Positions 1 to 13,128 of a stretch of 64,000 bases of DNA are shown piece by piece (within the stretch, counting starts at the first letter, position 1; every line of letters starts with the position of its first letter). The DNA is from Rhynchobatus australiae (taxonomy: Eukaryota), in assembly GCA_034780895.1 (NCBI GenBank), contig JAUZTB010000064.1, positions 110,010,301 through 110,074,300 of the forward strand, read 5' to 3'. Both the position numbers and the translations under genes were made by a program. The notes beneath the pieces were generated by a model, which saw nothing but the letters and a program-made list of their open reading frames with translations, ran no database searches and was not told where the DNA came from.

Positions 1-1990
1 GAATTTTAATCTATATCTAGATTGGGCACACCATATGAGCAGCACTAGTATGGAGGATGAATTCATGAAGTGTGTAAGAGATGAATTTCCAGATCAGTAC
101 ATCAAGGAACCAATGTAGGAACAGTCAATTCTAAACCTGGTATTGTGTAATAAGTGTAAATTGATGATCTGTTAATAAAGAGTTTTTAGGGAAGAGTGAT
201 CTCAATACGATAGATATGTAAAAAAGAAAGGATTAGCTAAATGTAGGCCTAAAACAGACTAAGAATGTAGAAGTTAGTTGAGGAATAAGGAAAAGAGAGA
301 GAAATTAAACAATACTTCATGTCTGCTTTCAAAGAAGACAAAACAGAAAACCTCCCAGAAATCATAGAAAACATCAGATCCAGAGAGATTGAACAACTGA
401 AAGAAATTAGCATTATTAAAACATTAGATAAGGAGAAATCAATGCAGTAAAAGGCAATAAATCCCCAGGATCAGGTGATCTGCATCCAAAGGTATTGAAG
501 GTGCTGGCTATGTAGATAATGGATGGACTGGTTGACATATTCCAAAACTCCACAGAGTTCTGAACAAATGGTAGCAAATATAAATTCACTATTTAGGAAA
601 GGGAGAGAGAGAGAACAGACAACATGTTGACACAGGAGTTAGTGCTGCTGCTTCACAGCTCCAGGGACCTAGGTTTGACACTGATCTTGGATGCTGAGTT
701 TATGGAGTTTGAATGTTCTTGTCATTGCTGTGTGCTTTTATTGGGTGTTCTAGATTTTTCCTTTATCACAAAGACCCACTGATAGGTTAATTGGCCATAA
801 TAAATTAACTAAAGTGTAGGTAAGTGACAAAAGAACCAAAAACAAAAAAAATAATTGATGGGCATGTGAGTGAGAATAAGCTGCAGGGCTACAGAGGTGA
901 AAGGGGAATGAGACTGATTGAATTACTCTACTGGGAGCAGGCTTGCACCCGATAGGCTAAATGGCCTCCTCTTGTGCTGTAACCAGTAAATAAACAGGGA
1001 ACTATAACCTGCTTAGCCTGACATCAGCAAAGGATCTAATACTAAGGAAGTGGTAACAGGGTCCTTGGAAAATAATAATTATATTGAGAAAAGTCCACCT
1101 TGATTTATGAAAGGGAAATCAAGTTTGACAAATCTGTTAGACTTATTTGAGATTGTAATGAGCAGGATAGGTAAGAGCAAACCAGTTGACATTGAACTTT
1201 TAGAAGACCTTCATAAAGTGCTATGTATGAGATTGTTAAACCTAATTAAAAAACATGGTATTGGGGACACTATGCTGGCCTGGATAGAGGATTAGTATTA
1301 CAGACAGAAAACAGAGGGTCATTTTTGGGTTGGTAGGTTGTGACCAGTCAAACACTGCAGGATTCAGTGTTGGGGTGTCAGCTGGTTCTATATCAACCTT
1401 TTGGATGAGGATATCAAGTGTAACATATCCAAGTTTGCTGATGGTACAAAACTATGTGGTGGAGTGAGCTGTAAAGAGGCTGCAGAGGGGCATTCAGGGG
1501 ATATTGACATGTTAGGCTAAGAGGTAAGGGCATGGCAGATGGAATATAATGTGGAAAAGTATGAGGTCATCCAGGTTGGTAGGAAAAGAAAGGAAAGTGG
1601 AATATTTTCTAACNNNNNNNNNNNNNNNNNNNNNNNNNNNNNNNNNNNNNNNNNNNNNNNNNNNNNNNNNNNNNNNNNNNNNNNNNNNNATGAGGAAGGT
1701 GACTTTATTACAAGAGGTGAAAGTGGAGATGTCTTTCTCCAATTATACAGGCCCTGGTGAAAACATATCCAGAATCCTATATAGGTCTGATCTTCCTGCC
1801 TATGGTAGGTTATACGTACTTGCGATCAAGGAGTACAGCAAAGGTCACCAAACTGATTTCTAGGGGTGGCGAGCTTGTTGTATTAAGTGTGAATAAGAAG
1901 ATGAGTCCTATATTATCTAGGTTCTTGGGAGAGTAAGAGGTCTCATTGAAATGTATTGAATTCTTACAAGGCTTGATTGGGTAGATGTGG
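1..1990 (+). mobile_element. Decayed CR1-clade LINE ORF2 (end of endonuclease through RT), interrupted by a SINE
   Basis: EFMKCVRDEFPDQYIKEP-like segment near 58-112; ORF 1107-1295 (MKGKSSLTNLLDLFE...HGIGDTMLAWIED); SKFADGTKL near 1428-1454; MEYNVEKYEVIQVGR. Many stops and frameshifts. Confidence 0.85.
622..993 (+). mobile_element. tRNA-derived V-SINE (HE1-like) inserted in the CR1 LINE
   Basis: Head gttagtgctgctgcttcacagctccagggacctaggtttga; V-domain-like ggagtttgaatgttctt...caaagac...ggttaattggcc; LINE-like tail ggctaaatggcctcctcttgtgctgtaa. aacag flanks both sides and the LINE resumes after it. Confidence 0.75.
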
Positions 1991-4900
1991 TACCTGAGGG
2001 AGCAGGAAGTTCACAGATGACCTGCATCCACTGGAATGCTATTTCTGGATTGGGTGCCATCAACCCAATTGAAATAAGATCTCAACATTCCACTCAACAA
2101 TAAAAGTACTGACATAGAACTTATTTTTTTGTGTAAGTTGTCTTACCCAGGACACTCACCTAAAATAGACCTCCATTATCCTAGATGAGGCTCTCACACA
2201 CCAGCCTCTTCTAAATGAAACTTATTAGTAGTAAACACAATGGTGAACCTGAACAAGAAACAAACGTAAACCTGGTCCTTGTAGATTCCAGGTGTCAAAG
2301 TCCTGCAAGCACATGAAGCCTACAATAGTCCTGCCAGTCAGATGCTATAGTGACCAAATGGTTGGTGCTGCTGGCCAACACTGACCCTTCCTGTCATTTA
2401 CTGCAATTCCAACATCATTCACAATATGAAAGAAAATCAGGTGCAAAATCAGCCTCTCCATTCACCGAAACTTCACCAAATTATCACAAAAGTGCTTAAA
2501 ATTTCATGTACCATGCAAGAAAGCAACATACAACATTCATGTCATGGGCACAAAACATCATTCGCTTCAAGGATTTGTGCAATACATCTAACATAGAGTG
2601 TCATCAACTATTCACTGAATCTACAGCAGTGGTCCCTAGCTTTGACGCCACCATTCAGCTGAAGACAGAAGACAGGCCCCCCCCCACCCTCCGCCACCCA
2701 TCCCCACACTCAAATCCATGCAGGCCAATAACACTCCAAGCTTGGCAAAGACCTGACTCATGGACAACTCATTGTTCCTCATTCCTCACTTAGTGTCTGA
2801 ATTTCTGTTCCATGGCATGCTCTATTCAAACTTCTAGCACAGCATTAAATGTTACCTTTATTTATCTTGTCTTATCTCAGTTTCTTCCTTTATTCAAACA
2901 CTTCACTATTTTACTTATTCCTAAACTTTAACTCTCTTGAACTTCTTGTTCAATTCTGATTTTTGATTCATGGTTTTGGTTTGATTTGACAGTTACATAT
3001 TTGGCAAGGCATGTGTAGTTATCTTCAACCTTCATCAATCCCTCAAAGAGTAGCCCACAGCACTCCAGCTATGCTCCATCTTTAAAATGAAGTCATCTCT
3101 TAATACTAAGTTCAGCTCTCCTGAAAGTTTTTGTCAAAATCCTTTAAATACAGTAATAGCACTGGCAAAAATCGTAGTGATATTCTTCACGGCTAGAACC
3201 AGAAAATGTCACAGCCCCTCATTTTGTTCAATGTATTTGACAATTAGTCAGTTAACTAACCTTCTGCAATTTATGTGTTGCCAACCTGTAATAAAGTTTC
3301 AGTAATTATAGGGTCAAGTCCAATATATATTTTGATGACTATCAGCTCTACTGTTTGCCCAACCTTACAATCATCTGTGTTGTCAGAATACCCATCCAAC
3401 ACTAAAGAACAGAAAAGGCANNNNNNNNNNNNNNNNNNNNNNNNNNNNNNNNNNNNNNNNNNNNNNNNNNNNNNNNNNNNNNNNNNNNNNNNNNNNNNNN
3501 NNNNNNNNNNNNNNNNNNNNNNNNNNNNNNNNNNNNNNNNNNNNNNNNNNNNNNNNNNNNNNNNNNNNNNNNNNNNNNNNNNNNNNNNNNNNNNNNNNNN
3601 NNNNNNNNNNNNNNNNNNNNNNNNNNNNNNNNNNNNNNNNNNNNNNNNNNNNNNNNNNNNNNNNNNNNNNNNNNNNNNNNNNNNNNNNNNNNNNNNNNNN
3701 NNNNNNNNNNNNNNNNNNNNNNNNNNNNNNNNNNNNNNNNNNNNNNNNNNNNNNNNNNNNNNNNNNNNNNNNNNNNNNNNNNNNNNNNNNNNNNNNNNNN
3801 NNNNNNNNNNNNNNNNNNNNNNNNNNNNNNNNNNNNNNNNNNNNNNNNNNNNNNNNNNNNNNNNNNNNNNNNNNNNNNNNNNNNNNNNNNNNNNNNNNNN
3901 NNNNNNNNNNNNNNNNNNNNNNNNNNNNNNNNNNNNNNNNNNNNNNNNNNNNNNNNNNNNNNNNNNNNNNNNNNNNNNNNNNNNNNNNNNNNNNNNNNNN
4001 NNNNNNNNNNNNNNNNNNNNNNNNNNNNNNNNNNNNNNNNNNNNNNNNNNNNNNNNNNNNNNNNNNNNNNNNNNNNNNNNNNNNNNNNNNNNNNNNNNNN
4101 NNNNNNNNNTTTCATTTTCAAGAGAAACATCAGTCCAATCTCTAAAATCATCCAAGCACAATCAGCCCTATCAAAAGTACAAAAAACCTAGAATAAACCC
4201 GATAGTAACAAATGTCCAGTGCAATTTGGTTTATAAACTCTTCAGCAAAACTAATACTATGAATGCAAGATCACATTGATGAGCTCCCCCCACCCCCTCC
4301 CCCCCACCACAATCCCTTAATGTGTAGCCTGTCTTAAAATGTCATCTAAATTCAATTGTTCGTTTATAGTAATATCTGGTGAGTATCGATCCTTTGGTCC
4401 AGTAGTTAGTCAAAGGCTATCTCCTTTGACTAACCTTTTCCTTGGTGTCATCCTTCTTGTGATGAATTGTTACAATCTCAGCTAGCGTAATTACATACAA
4501 GCAGAGTGGGTCATTCATTTCTTCGGCATCACCATTTGCCAAAAAAAATCCTTTTATCTGTAGCCCCAAATCTTCTATTTGCTGTGAAAGACAAAACAAT
4601 ACATAACAAAATAATGCCCTAAGAGCTGTCTGAGCCTATCCAACTGCAAAAAAGCAACCAAATACTTCATTATCGGATGTTGATCTTAACTTTAACCTCC
4701 TGTTTAAAATAGGATTGAAATGAAACGGCCCTTAAATTGTTACATCAACGTTTGAATAAATAATTATTTTTGTAAGTACTTCAGTGCACATCATAGTGCA
4801 AATCAACTTTATTTCTTTTTTTTATACACAATTTACTCCGGCTTTCTGCTCTTTCTCAGCTTTTTACTTGTATTCTTATATGTATTACCATACCTACGCA

Positions 4901-7900
4901 TAAACATCTACACACGAACATTCACATTACACATAGACTCACATTTCTCCAACTAAAAGCAGTTCTTGAACCAGTAACCACAACACACATTCCCACTGAC
5001 AAATCGACTATGCTCAAGAGGAACTGGGCAAATTAAATCCAGAATTTCAGCAAAGAACCCAGAGACAGGCAGAGTCCCTTGCAGTCTAACAAAGGAAGAT
5101 TATAGAGATACAAAATTTTCTCAGCGGTGACATTACAGTGAGGATATGCATGAAAGATTTGCACATTTGCAACAGAATCTGGGAACAGACCTCAGAACAA
5201 TTCTCTTTATCTAGGTTTTGGTCTCACAACACAGAAACAGCCAAGATCTAAAAAAACAGATCCAGGTATACACATTTTGTAGTCCAGAACAGAAATGCAG
5301 TATTTGCTGCAAAACATAGCAAGATACACCAAAGTGTAAGTGTGCAGTGCCCGAACTCCAGTGACCATCTTTGTATAATACCATTAATAGTGGGCAAATA
5401 TTCTCAAAATAAATATACCTGAAGATTGACATTAGTGTTCAGCCAACATCACCCATACTTTTGTTGGCGCTGTTAGGAGTTAACATCTGAACTGACAAAA
5501 TGTATCCTGCCAATTCCTCTCAAATAAATTAATAGAATAATTTTTGTTTTGAAAGCTAATGAAAGAAGATTAACTGTTTTTGAAAAGGCAGAAATGATCA
5601 TTTAACTTTCGGCATTTTGAAGAGGATTAGAATAGAAATAATCCAAATAATATTAAGGGCATATGTTTGTTAATTTTTCATTTGTATCAGAGGAATATTG
5701 AAGTGCTCAGGAATTTTGTCTGCACTTGTTTGACTTGCTCAGGAAATTAAATCAGGGAGTCTCATGTTTAAGCACAAAATAACATGCAAGTGATATGCCA
5801 AAGGAAGTACGCTCAATGTACTAAATGGCCTCCTTTCATTACATTAAGTACTTAAATGAAATTGAAGAATGTGCTATTTACATCAGAATGATTCTAGTAA
5901 ATTGACAGGGTCAAAATTCTTTTGGCCAAGATCGTGCCCAGAGTCAGGTAAAACACAAGTAATCGGCTTACTGCTGACAGGCACCCAGGCAGAATGGACA
6001 TAACTTGGATATCTGTCTTCCTAAGGAGAGCTATATGCAGTTTTGGAAATATAATAGCAGTGGAGGGGATCCTTCAAAATCTCCGTTTGTGCAATTGAAG
6101 ACCACCTTAACTAGGGGGTCACTTTAAAAGCTCAGGTATGGAACCTAAATATGAGCCCAATTTCTAGCATCAATGTGGCTCGTCTCCTCATTATGGCCAT
6201 AATCAATGCTGATGACAAGGTGACACATCACAAGGTTGTTACATGGGAGATCCTTTTCATGGAGGGTTCCTTGAATATTTATCCCTCTTGGAAATCTCTA
6301 TACAATCTCATATATCTGTGTCCCAGCAAGTTTTGTAGCTTTTCCAATGAGACTGCAACATTTTATAAATAAAAGCAAATGATCAGAAATAACAAAATCT
6401 GCTATCAGCTGCTTGATTTCATTTTGCATTATTGGCACTTGATTCTTCATGCACCTTTTAATTCCCATTTTAATTTTGAAATCAAATTCCCTACTAATCC
6501 AAAGAGTTCTAACTTTGCTGCATTCCCTTCTTGAGAAAATATTCTGGTTTGATTTCTGACTGTCCATTGTTTGAATGCTTCCCACTTCCTTTTAAATGCA
6601 TTCTAAACAAATGCAACAAAATACTTTTAATTATTTATCAGGTTGATTATGTGAACGAGTATGAAAAAATGGATCTATATCCATGAGTACAGCACCAATG
6701 ATAGGGACATGTTTTTACTCAAGTTGAACGCACACTGAGTACAGTCTAGAAGCAGAAAATTGCAAAGGTCAACAGTTAACTGCGTGCAGTCACAAAATTT
6801 TGGAGTGGTTTCTTTTTCTAAATTAAACCTATTAACATGGATGCCTCCATTGATTCTTACAGGAAGCGAGGGTAAACTGGGTGAACTTTGGGAGATAGCG
6901 CTGAAAGAAAGAGTTGAGTGTACAAAATGTGATGCTATATTTATCTAATTAGAGTATCTGCTCAGGTACCAGCAGGATGGGCAAAAGGAATAACACAGAG
7001 CAGTGACCAAAGAGGACATTTCCAAAGGGGAAACAGTAAAGGCAACTGTAGGCAGATCTATAATCAAGAAATAAATAGCCTCTTTTGCAGACTCCCAAAT
7101 AGCTTGTGGGTTCCATGTTTCAGGATATCACTGACTGAATATAGACGATCCTGCATTCATGATGGATTAATGCTAAATCTAGCAATTACAACGCAACAAT
7201 CATGCTCCTGGAGTGCTTGAAACAACAGAGGAAAGAGCAGCAGCTAGCAGCACAGTAAACACTTACTCTTCTTTTTTGTTGAATCACAAATCATTCATGT
7301 AGCATTTCAAGCAGGCAAACCCGTCATTCTTTGAAGGGAAATTAAGAGTAGTTTATTAAGAAAAACAAAGAGGGAAGAATTGCTGAACTATATTTGGACA
7401 TTTAAAACTCTGACTACAGATGAAGTCAGTACCATATCAGCAAGGGTAAAGATAGAAGTTTGAAAGGGTACAGTGCATTATCACGGAATATTAAAGCATA
7501 AGGTTAACAAATTCATCAAGTTTGTGCAGGGGTTCTCCTGCACTTCAGCCACAAATCAATTCCATAATGCAGCTCATTGCTATATGCTTTAATAGTTTTT
7601 TTTATCTGTGCAACTACTTCCCACTTAAAAATAATTCATAGACACAATAATATAACATGCAGAATACTAGTTTCTGGGCATTTGCTGTGTAAAACATTTT
7701 TTCCAAGTACTCTTGATTTTAAATTTGTCTCCTCTCGAAATAATCTCACAGCAGTGGAAACAATGCACCATTATGCTCTTTATCATTCAAAAATCTCAAA
7801 GGACTGTTTCAGGTCACCAGTTAACCTTTTTGCTCAAGTGAAAGAGATACTTCTCTTCAAGTGTCTCTTCACAACTGCAACATTTCAGACTAGTGAATAT

Positions 7901-8824
7901 ACACTACATTTTTCCCCATTGTTTCCTTATGTTTGCCTTATAGTGTGCCTAAAGGTGCCCATGATATTCAAATTGCAACCAAATTCATCTTGAACAACTG
8001 AAATGCAATTGAAGGTGACTGGAAAATAAACAGCCAGATGAGAAAATTATTCTTGATATCCTGGTACAATATTTAAGAATCATGAGATGGGTTGAAGACA
8101 AGCTCGGTGGGTTAGATGAACATGAAATCATCGGTTGCCTTGGGCTCAGTAACACATAGTCTTAACATATCAAACAAGGAAAAGGAATACAGTTGCAACA
8201 TAGTGTGGATCATCCAAAGAAACATCATAAGTATTAAAAAGCATCCAAGGGGTTATAGAGGTATAACAGTGCCACATTTAAAAGTGGTGACAAACGTAAC
8301 CCAGGAAACAAAAGACCTTCCATTTGTGCCAGGGGAAATAAGGAACACATACTGAGGAGGACAGTGAAGTATTACCTTTATTGCTTAGTACTTATTGTAA
8401 CTAAACAAACTACCAAATGAACTTACAAGGTGATTTTTCTGCAGCTCAAACCTCGAGTTCATCACAGACAAATATATTGGGCCGTGAAATTCTCAAGTGA
8501 TAATTCACATGGTGTGTATGTCAAGGACCCATGCAAAATCATTAATGGAACACATTACAGGAATTCATGACATAATGTTGAAAGATTAAAAAAATGACAA
8601 NNNNNNNNNNNNNNNNNNNNNNNNNNNNNNNNNNNNNNNNNNNNNNNNNNNNNNNNNNNNNNNNNNNNNNNNNNNNNNNNNNNNTTGAAGGGCCAAAGAG
8701 AGCTATTAAATAATTTTGAAATGATATGTATTATAAAACCAAGCCAGTGTACATAACATTATTGTACAAAAATTTTGATGAGATTTCATTTTGCAATGGT
8801 CAAACTACAAGGGGTTGAATCAGA

Positions 8825-8925
8825 ACAAAAACAGAAAATGCTAGAAATACTCAGCAGGCCAGGCCATATTTCTGGGAAGAAAAACAGAGTCAACATGTCA
8901 GGTCAGAGACCCTTTGTCAGAACAG
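8825..8925 (-). mobile_element. Solo Penelope-like terminal repeat with degenerate hammerhead motif
   Basis: acagaaaatgctagaaatactcagcagg...agagtcaacatgtcaggtcagagaccctttgtcagaac; same family as the repeats abutting PLE RT remnants at 26017 and 56390. Confidence 0.65.
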
Positions 8926-10359
8926 ATCACAGGGGATGAAACAGAATCATTCCACGTAAGGAGAATGAGCTGAGACAAAGCTCATCTTCAATGCAAAGTG
9001 GTAGCTGTGGTTGGCATATAGTAACTACAGAACCAGTATTTGTTTTACTTCATGGTGTTTTTAGTCTGGAAATTTTCCGATCAGTAAAGCAGCAAATGCC
9101 ACTCTAAATCTTCTAGCCTCCTGGGTAGACTACCAATTAATGCCATGAAAGGCTAAAACATCTTCACCCTTTATACCAATAAACTCCATTCTGTGATTTG
9201 AGTGAATGCAGGACCAGGGAAGACTGGTAGCTAGAAATCCCACTCAATCACACTATTAGCAGAAGAGCTGGTTAGAGTAACACTTTGCATGGCAGTGCAT
9301 TTGGATACACCTCAACAACTATTGTTTAAGTTTCTCACACTTCAACATTACAAAAAAGAAATCATTCTACACAAAAGCAGTACTATGAAGAATTACATCC
9401 AACATGTCTAGAGACCTGACACAATACTGACCCTTATTTATCATTTCCATAACTATTTTAAAGTCACAGCTGCTTCCTGATATTGTAAAATGACTTAACT
9501 GTCAAGGTAAAGTGATAGTGTAAAATGACTTGATCTAATCCTATAAGTTTCAACACAAGAAAATAACTTAATAAATTATTTCACAATCAGCTTGTTTGAC
9601 CAAGTTTTATTATTGTAGAATCAAAAGGAACACCATGNNNNNNNNNNNNNNNNNNNNNNNNNNNNNNNNNNNNNNNNNNNNNNNNNNNNNNNNNNNNNNN
9701 NNNNNNNNNNNNNNNNNNNNNNNNNNNNNNNNNNNNNNNNNNNNNNNNNNNNNNNNNNNNNNNNNNNNNNNNNNNNNNNNNNNNNNNNNNNNNNNNNNNN
9801 NNNNNNNNNNNNNNNNNNNNNNNNNNNNNNNNNNNNNNNNNNNNNNNNNNNNNNNNNNNNNNNNNNNNNNCACCGCTGGGTGAATTTAAGAAAGCAATTT
9901 TAAAATGAAAATTTTTAAATAAATGTTCTGATGTTTTTTTAAGAATGGCAAGCTAGAACAGTTTGATTAGCAGAGTTTAAATGGGTTAACATAAAAAAGG
10001 ACATTTTAATCAGAATATATGGTCCACCTTGCAGAAGGACCCAATTTTAAATAATTGAAAATGATTTCTTAAAATATACAAGAATATTTATTTGTGATAT
10101 CTGCATGGTCAACTTGCAGTAAATACAAAAAACATATATACTCAAAAACTTTCAAAAACACACATATTGATGTCCTGACACCCCACAAACTAACTTAGAG
10201 CCTCCTCAAAGATTTGCAAACAAGTCCAATTAACAGAATGCAAATGTTATTATTTTGGTCTGGAGTTGCGGTCAGTCTTGTAAGTAGAATTTGCAACAAG
10301 CATTTTTTTGTGTGTTTGTGCAAAAGGTCACAGGGTGATCTGTGCCTGGAGCTAGAAGG

Positions 10360-12035
10360 TACAGATGAAGCCCTAAATGAATACTTTTCAGTGGTGTTCA
10401 CAAAGGAAACATACTTTGTAGTTGGAGAATTCAGTGAAAGTGTAGGTGAAAATCCAGTGCAGGTCTCCATAAATAAAGAGGAGGTACTCGATGCCTTAGC
10501 AGGTTTAAAGGTGGCTGAATCTCCAGAACCCGATGGGATTTATTCCAGGTTATCATGGGGGGCAAGAGAAGAGATTGTTGGTGTTCTGGATGCAATTTTT
10601 GAATCTTCACTGAATACAAGTGAAGTACCAGATGAATGGAAGACAGCAACCATGGTCCTCCTTTTAGCAGGGAAAAGCCTGGTAACCAGACACCTGTCAG
10701 CCTACAATCAGTAGTAGGGAAGATACTGGAAAAAAAATTCTTAAGGAGAGGATTGACGATCACTTGGAAAGGGTCTAACCAGAGGTAGCCAACATGGCTT
10801 TGCCAAGGGCAGATCCTGTCTGACCAACTTGATTGAATACTTTGAAAAGGTAGCGAAGTGGATTGATGAGAGCAGGGAAGTAGATGTTAGTTACATGGAC
10901 CTTAGTTAAGCCTTTGACATGGACCCACATGGGAGTCTGGTCCAAAACGTTATGGCCCATGTGATTCAAGACAAGTTGGCAAACTGGATCCAAAATTGGT
11001 TTGCAATAGGAGTAAGAGGGTGATGGTAGAGGGCTACTGTTGTGATTGGATGCCTGAGACTAGTGGTGTCCCACAAGGATAGGTGCTGGGGCCCTTGCTG
11101 TTTGTAACAGATGTGAATGATTTGGATGTGGATATGGGAGACATGATCAGTAAGTTCGCAGATGACACAAAGATTGGCAGAGTCGTTGACAGTGTGGAAG
11201 GCAGCCTTAGGCTGCAGAGAGATATCAATGTGATGATGAATTAGGCTGAAAAAGGCAGGTGGAGTTTAATCCAGACAAATGAGAGGTGATGCATTTTGGA
11301 TGTATTAATGAGGCTAGGACATAGGGTCTTAGGGAGTACTGAGGAACAGAGGGATCTTGGTGTACAAGAACACAGATCTTTGAAGGTGGCAACACAGGTA
11401 GACAATGTGGCTAGGAAGGCATATGGGATACTGGCTTTCATTAGTCGGGGCATCAAATACAGAAGTAGGGAGATTATGCCCCAACTTTATAAAACCTTGA
11501 GNNNNNNNNNNNNNNNNNNNNNNNNNNNNNNNNNNNNNNNNNNNNNNNNNNNNNNNNNNNNNNNNNNNNNNNNNNNNNNNNNNNNNNNNNNNNNNNNNNN
11601 NNNNNNNNNNNTTTAGTTTCAAGGAGAGGAGAAGCTAGGTCTGTTTTCTCTGGAGCAGAGGCTAAAAGGGGAGGTATGTAAAATTATGAGGGGTACAGAA
11701 TGGGTAAACTGCAGGAAACCTTTCCCCATAGCAGAGGTAGATAAAACTGGAGGATGTAGGTTTGGGTTTGGGGTGAGGGGGAAGAAATTCAGATGGAATA
11801 ATGAGGGGGAGGGGGGCCTTCTTAACCCAGAGAGTGCTAAGTATGTAGAATGCACAACCTAAGAGAGTGGTTTAAGCTGGGTAACTAACAGATGAGCACT
11901 TGGATCACTGAGGCATATAAGGCTATGGACTAAGTGCTGGGAGATGGGATTAATAATGAAGGGTGCCCATTGATCAGCGTGGATGAGCTGGGCCAAATGG
12001 CCTGTTTCCATGCTGTGCAATTCTATGACTCTAAG
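10360..12035 (+). mobile_element. 5'-truncated CR1-clade LINE (RT plus 3' tail)
   Basis: ORF 10214-10714 contains EALNEYFSVVFTKE...SPEPDGIYSRL...VPDEWKTA; SKFADDTKI at about 11149-11175; QRDLGVQEHRSLKVATQVD; 3' tail gggccaaatggcctgtttccatgctgtgcaattctatgactcta. Confidence 0.9.
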
Positions 12036-12389
12036 CTCTCTCTGCACAGAATGCAATTCACGTTTCAAATTCAGTGATTCTTTGCTCTGTTTTCATCAAT
12101 TTTGCGTGAATTGCATGAAGAAAACCAGTACGATCATGCAGAATTCTTCCCCAACCACAAAGCAATTCTTAATTGTCTACTCAATAACTTATCATAAAAT
12201 CAACACTATTTACAATACACTGCAATTTTCTGAGTGCGACATTGATTACAAGCAGGAGGGTTAATGTTGTCCAGAAATTTAAGTAGAACTGCCACATAAC
12301 TGCTATTGCTAGAAGAGCAGACCAGCAGCTAGCTATTCTGTGACAAATGCCACAATTCCTCATTTCCCTGGCTCCACAAACCTCTCTCA

Positions 12390-12970
12390 CATATACAAGG
12401 TATATTAGGAGTGTAATGTCATGATGTCATACTTTCCAGCTGCCTCAATGAGTGCAGTTGTAACATAACTTGAGAAGCTCAATCCCTTTAAAGACAAAGC
12501 ATCCCAGTACTTTGGCATCCAATCTACCACCCTGAACATTCACCCCCTCCATCACTGGTGCAACATGGTGCAGTATGTTCCATTTACAAATTGGCAAGAC
12601 TTCTTCCACACACCTTCCAAAACTACAATCTCTACCACTCAGGAATANNNNNNNNNNNNNNNNNNNNNNNNNNNNNNNNNNNNNNNNNNNNNNNNNNNNN
12701 NNNNNNNNNNNNNNNNNNNNNNNNNNNNNNNNNNNNNNNNNNNNNNNTCTCTACCACTCAGGAATAGAGAAGGAAACACATGGGTACCCTGGTAGATTCA
12801 AGTTCCAATGCAGGTCACACACTTTCGAGACTTGAAATATTTTGCTGTTGCTTCTTGCTGCTGGGTTTAAATCCTGGAATTGCTTACATAACATCATCAT
12901 TGGAGCACTTTAACCAGATCAACTGCAGGGGTTCAAGGAGGCAGTTCACCATTACCTTCTTAAGAGCAGG
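12390..12970 (+). mobile_element. 3' fragment of a second CR1/L2-group LINE family (family B)
   Basis: Similar to the reverse complement of 57290-57780 (gagtgcag...gagaagctcaa...gacaaagca...caccttccaaaa...ctgggtttaaatcctggaa...ggttcaagg). Confidence 0.7.
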
Positions 12971-13039
12971 AAAACATATATCCTTAGATACTCTCTCAAC
13001 TTCTCGGCATTTTGGTCAGAAAAGAATTCTCAAACTGCT

Positions 13040-13128
13040 ACTTGGAATTTGAATATACCTTCCCTGGATTACTGGTGCTGGCTTTGGGATTACTGTCCAG
13101 TGAGATAAGCATTATGGTACCGTACCCA
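13040..13128 (-). mobile_element. Probable tRNA-derived SINE head fragment
   Basis: Reverse complement reads gggtacggtaccataatgcttatctcactggacagtaatccc...ttcaaattcc, resembling decayed A/B boxes. Confidence 0.4.

Noticed and set aside
3271-4279. Long ORFs in the track (also about 24958-25978, 39782-40460, 41643-42529, 48768-49640)
   Set aside because: They consist almost entirely of X from N gaps.
10214-11616. RT-like ORFs as an active retroelement or host gene
   Set aside because: Fragmented by stops and frameshifts and 5'-truncated; a dead CR1 copy.
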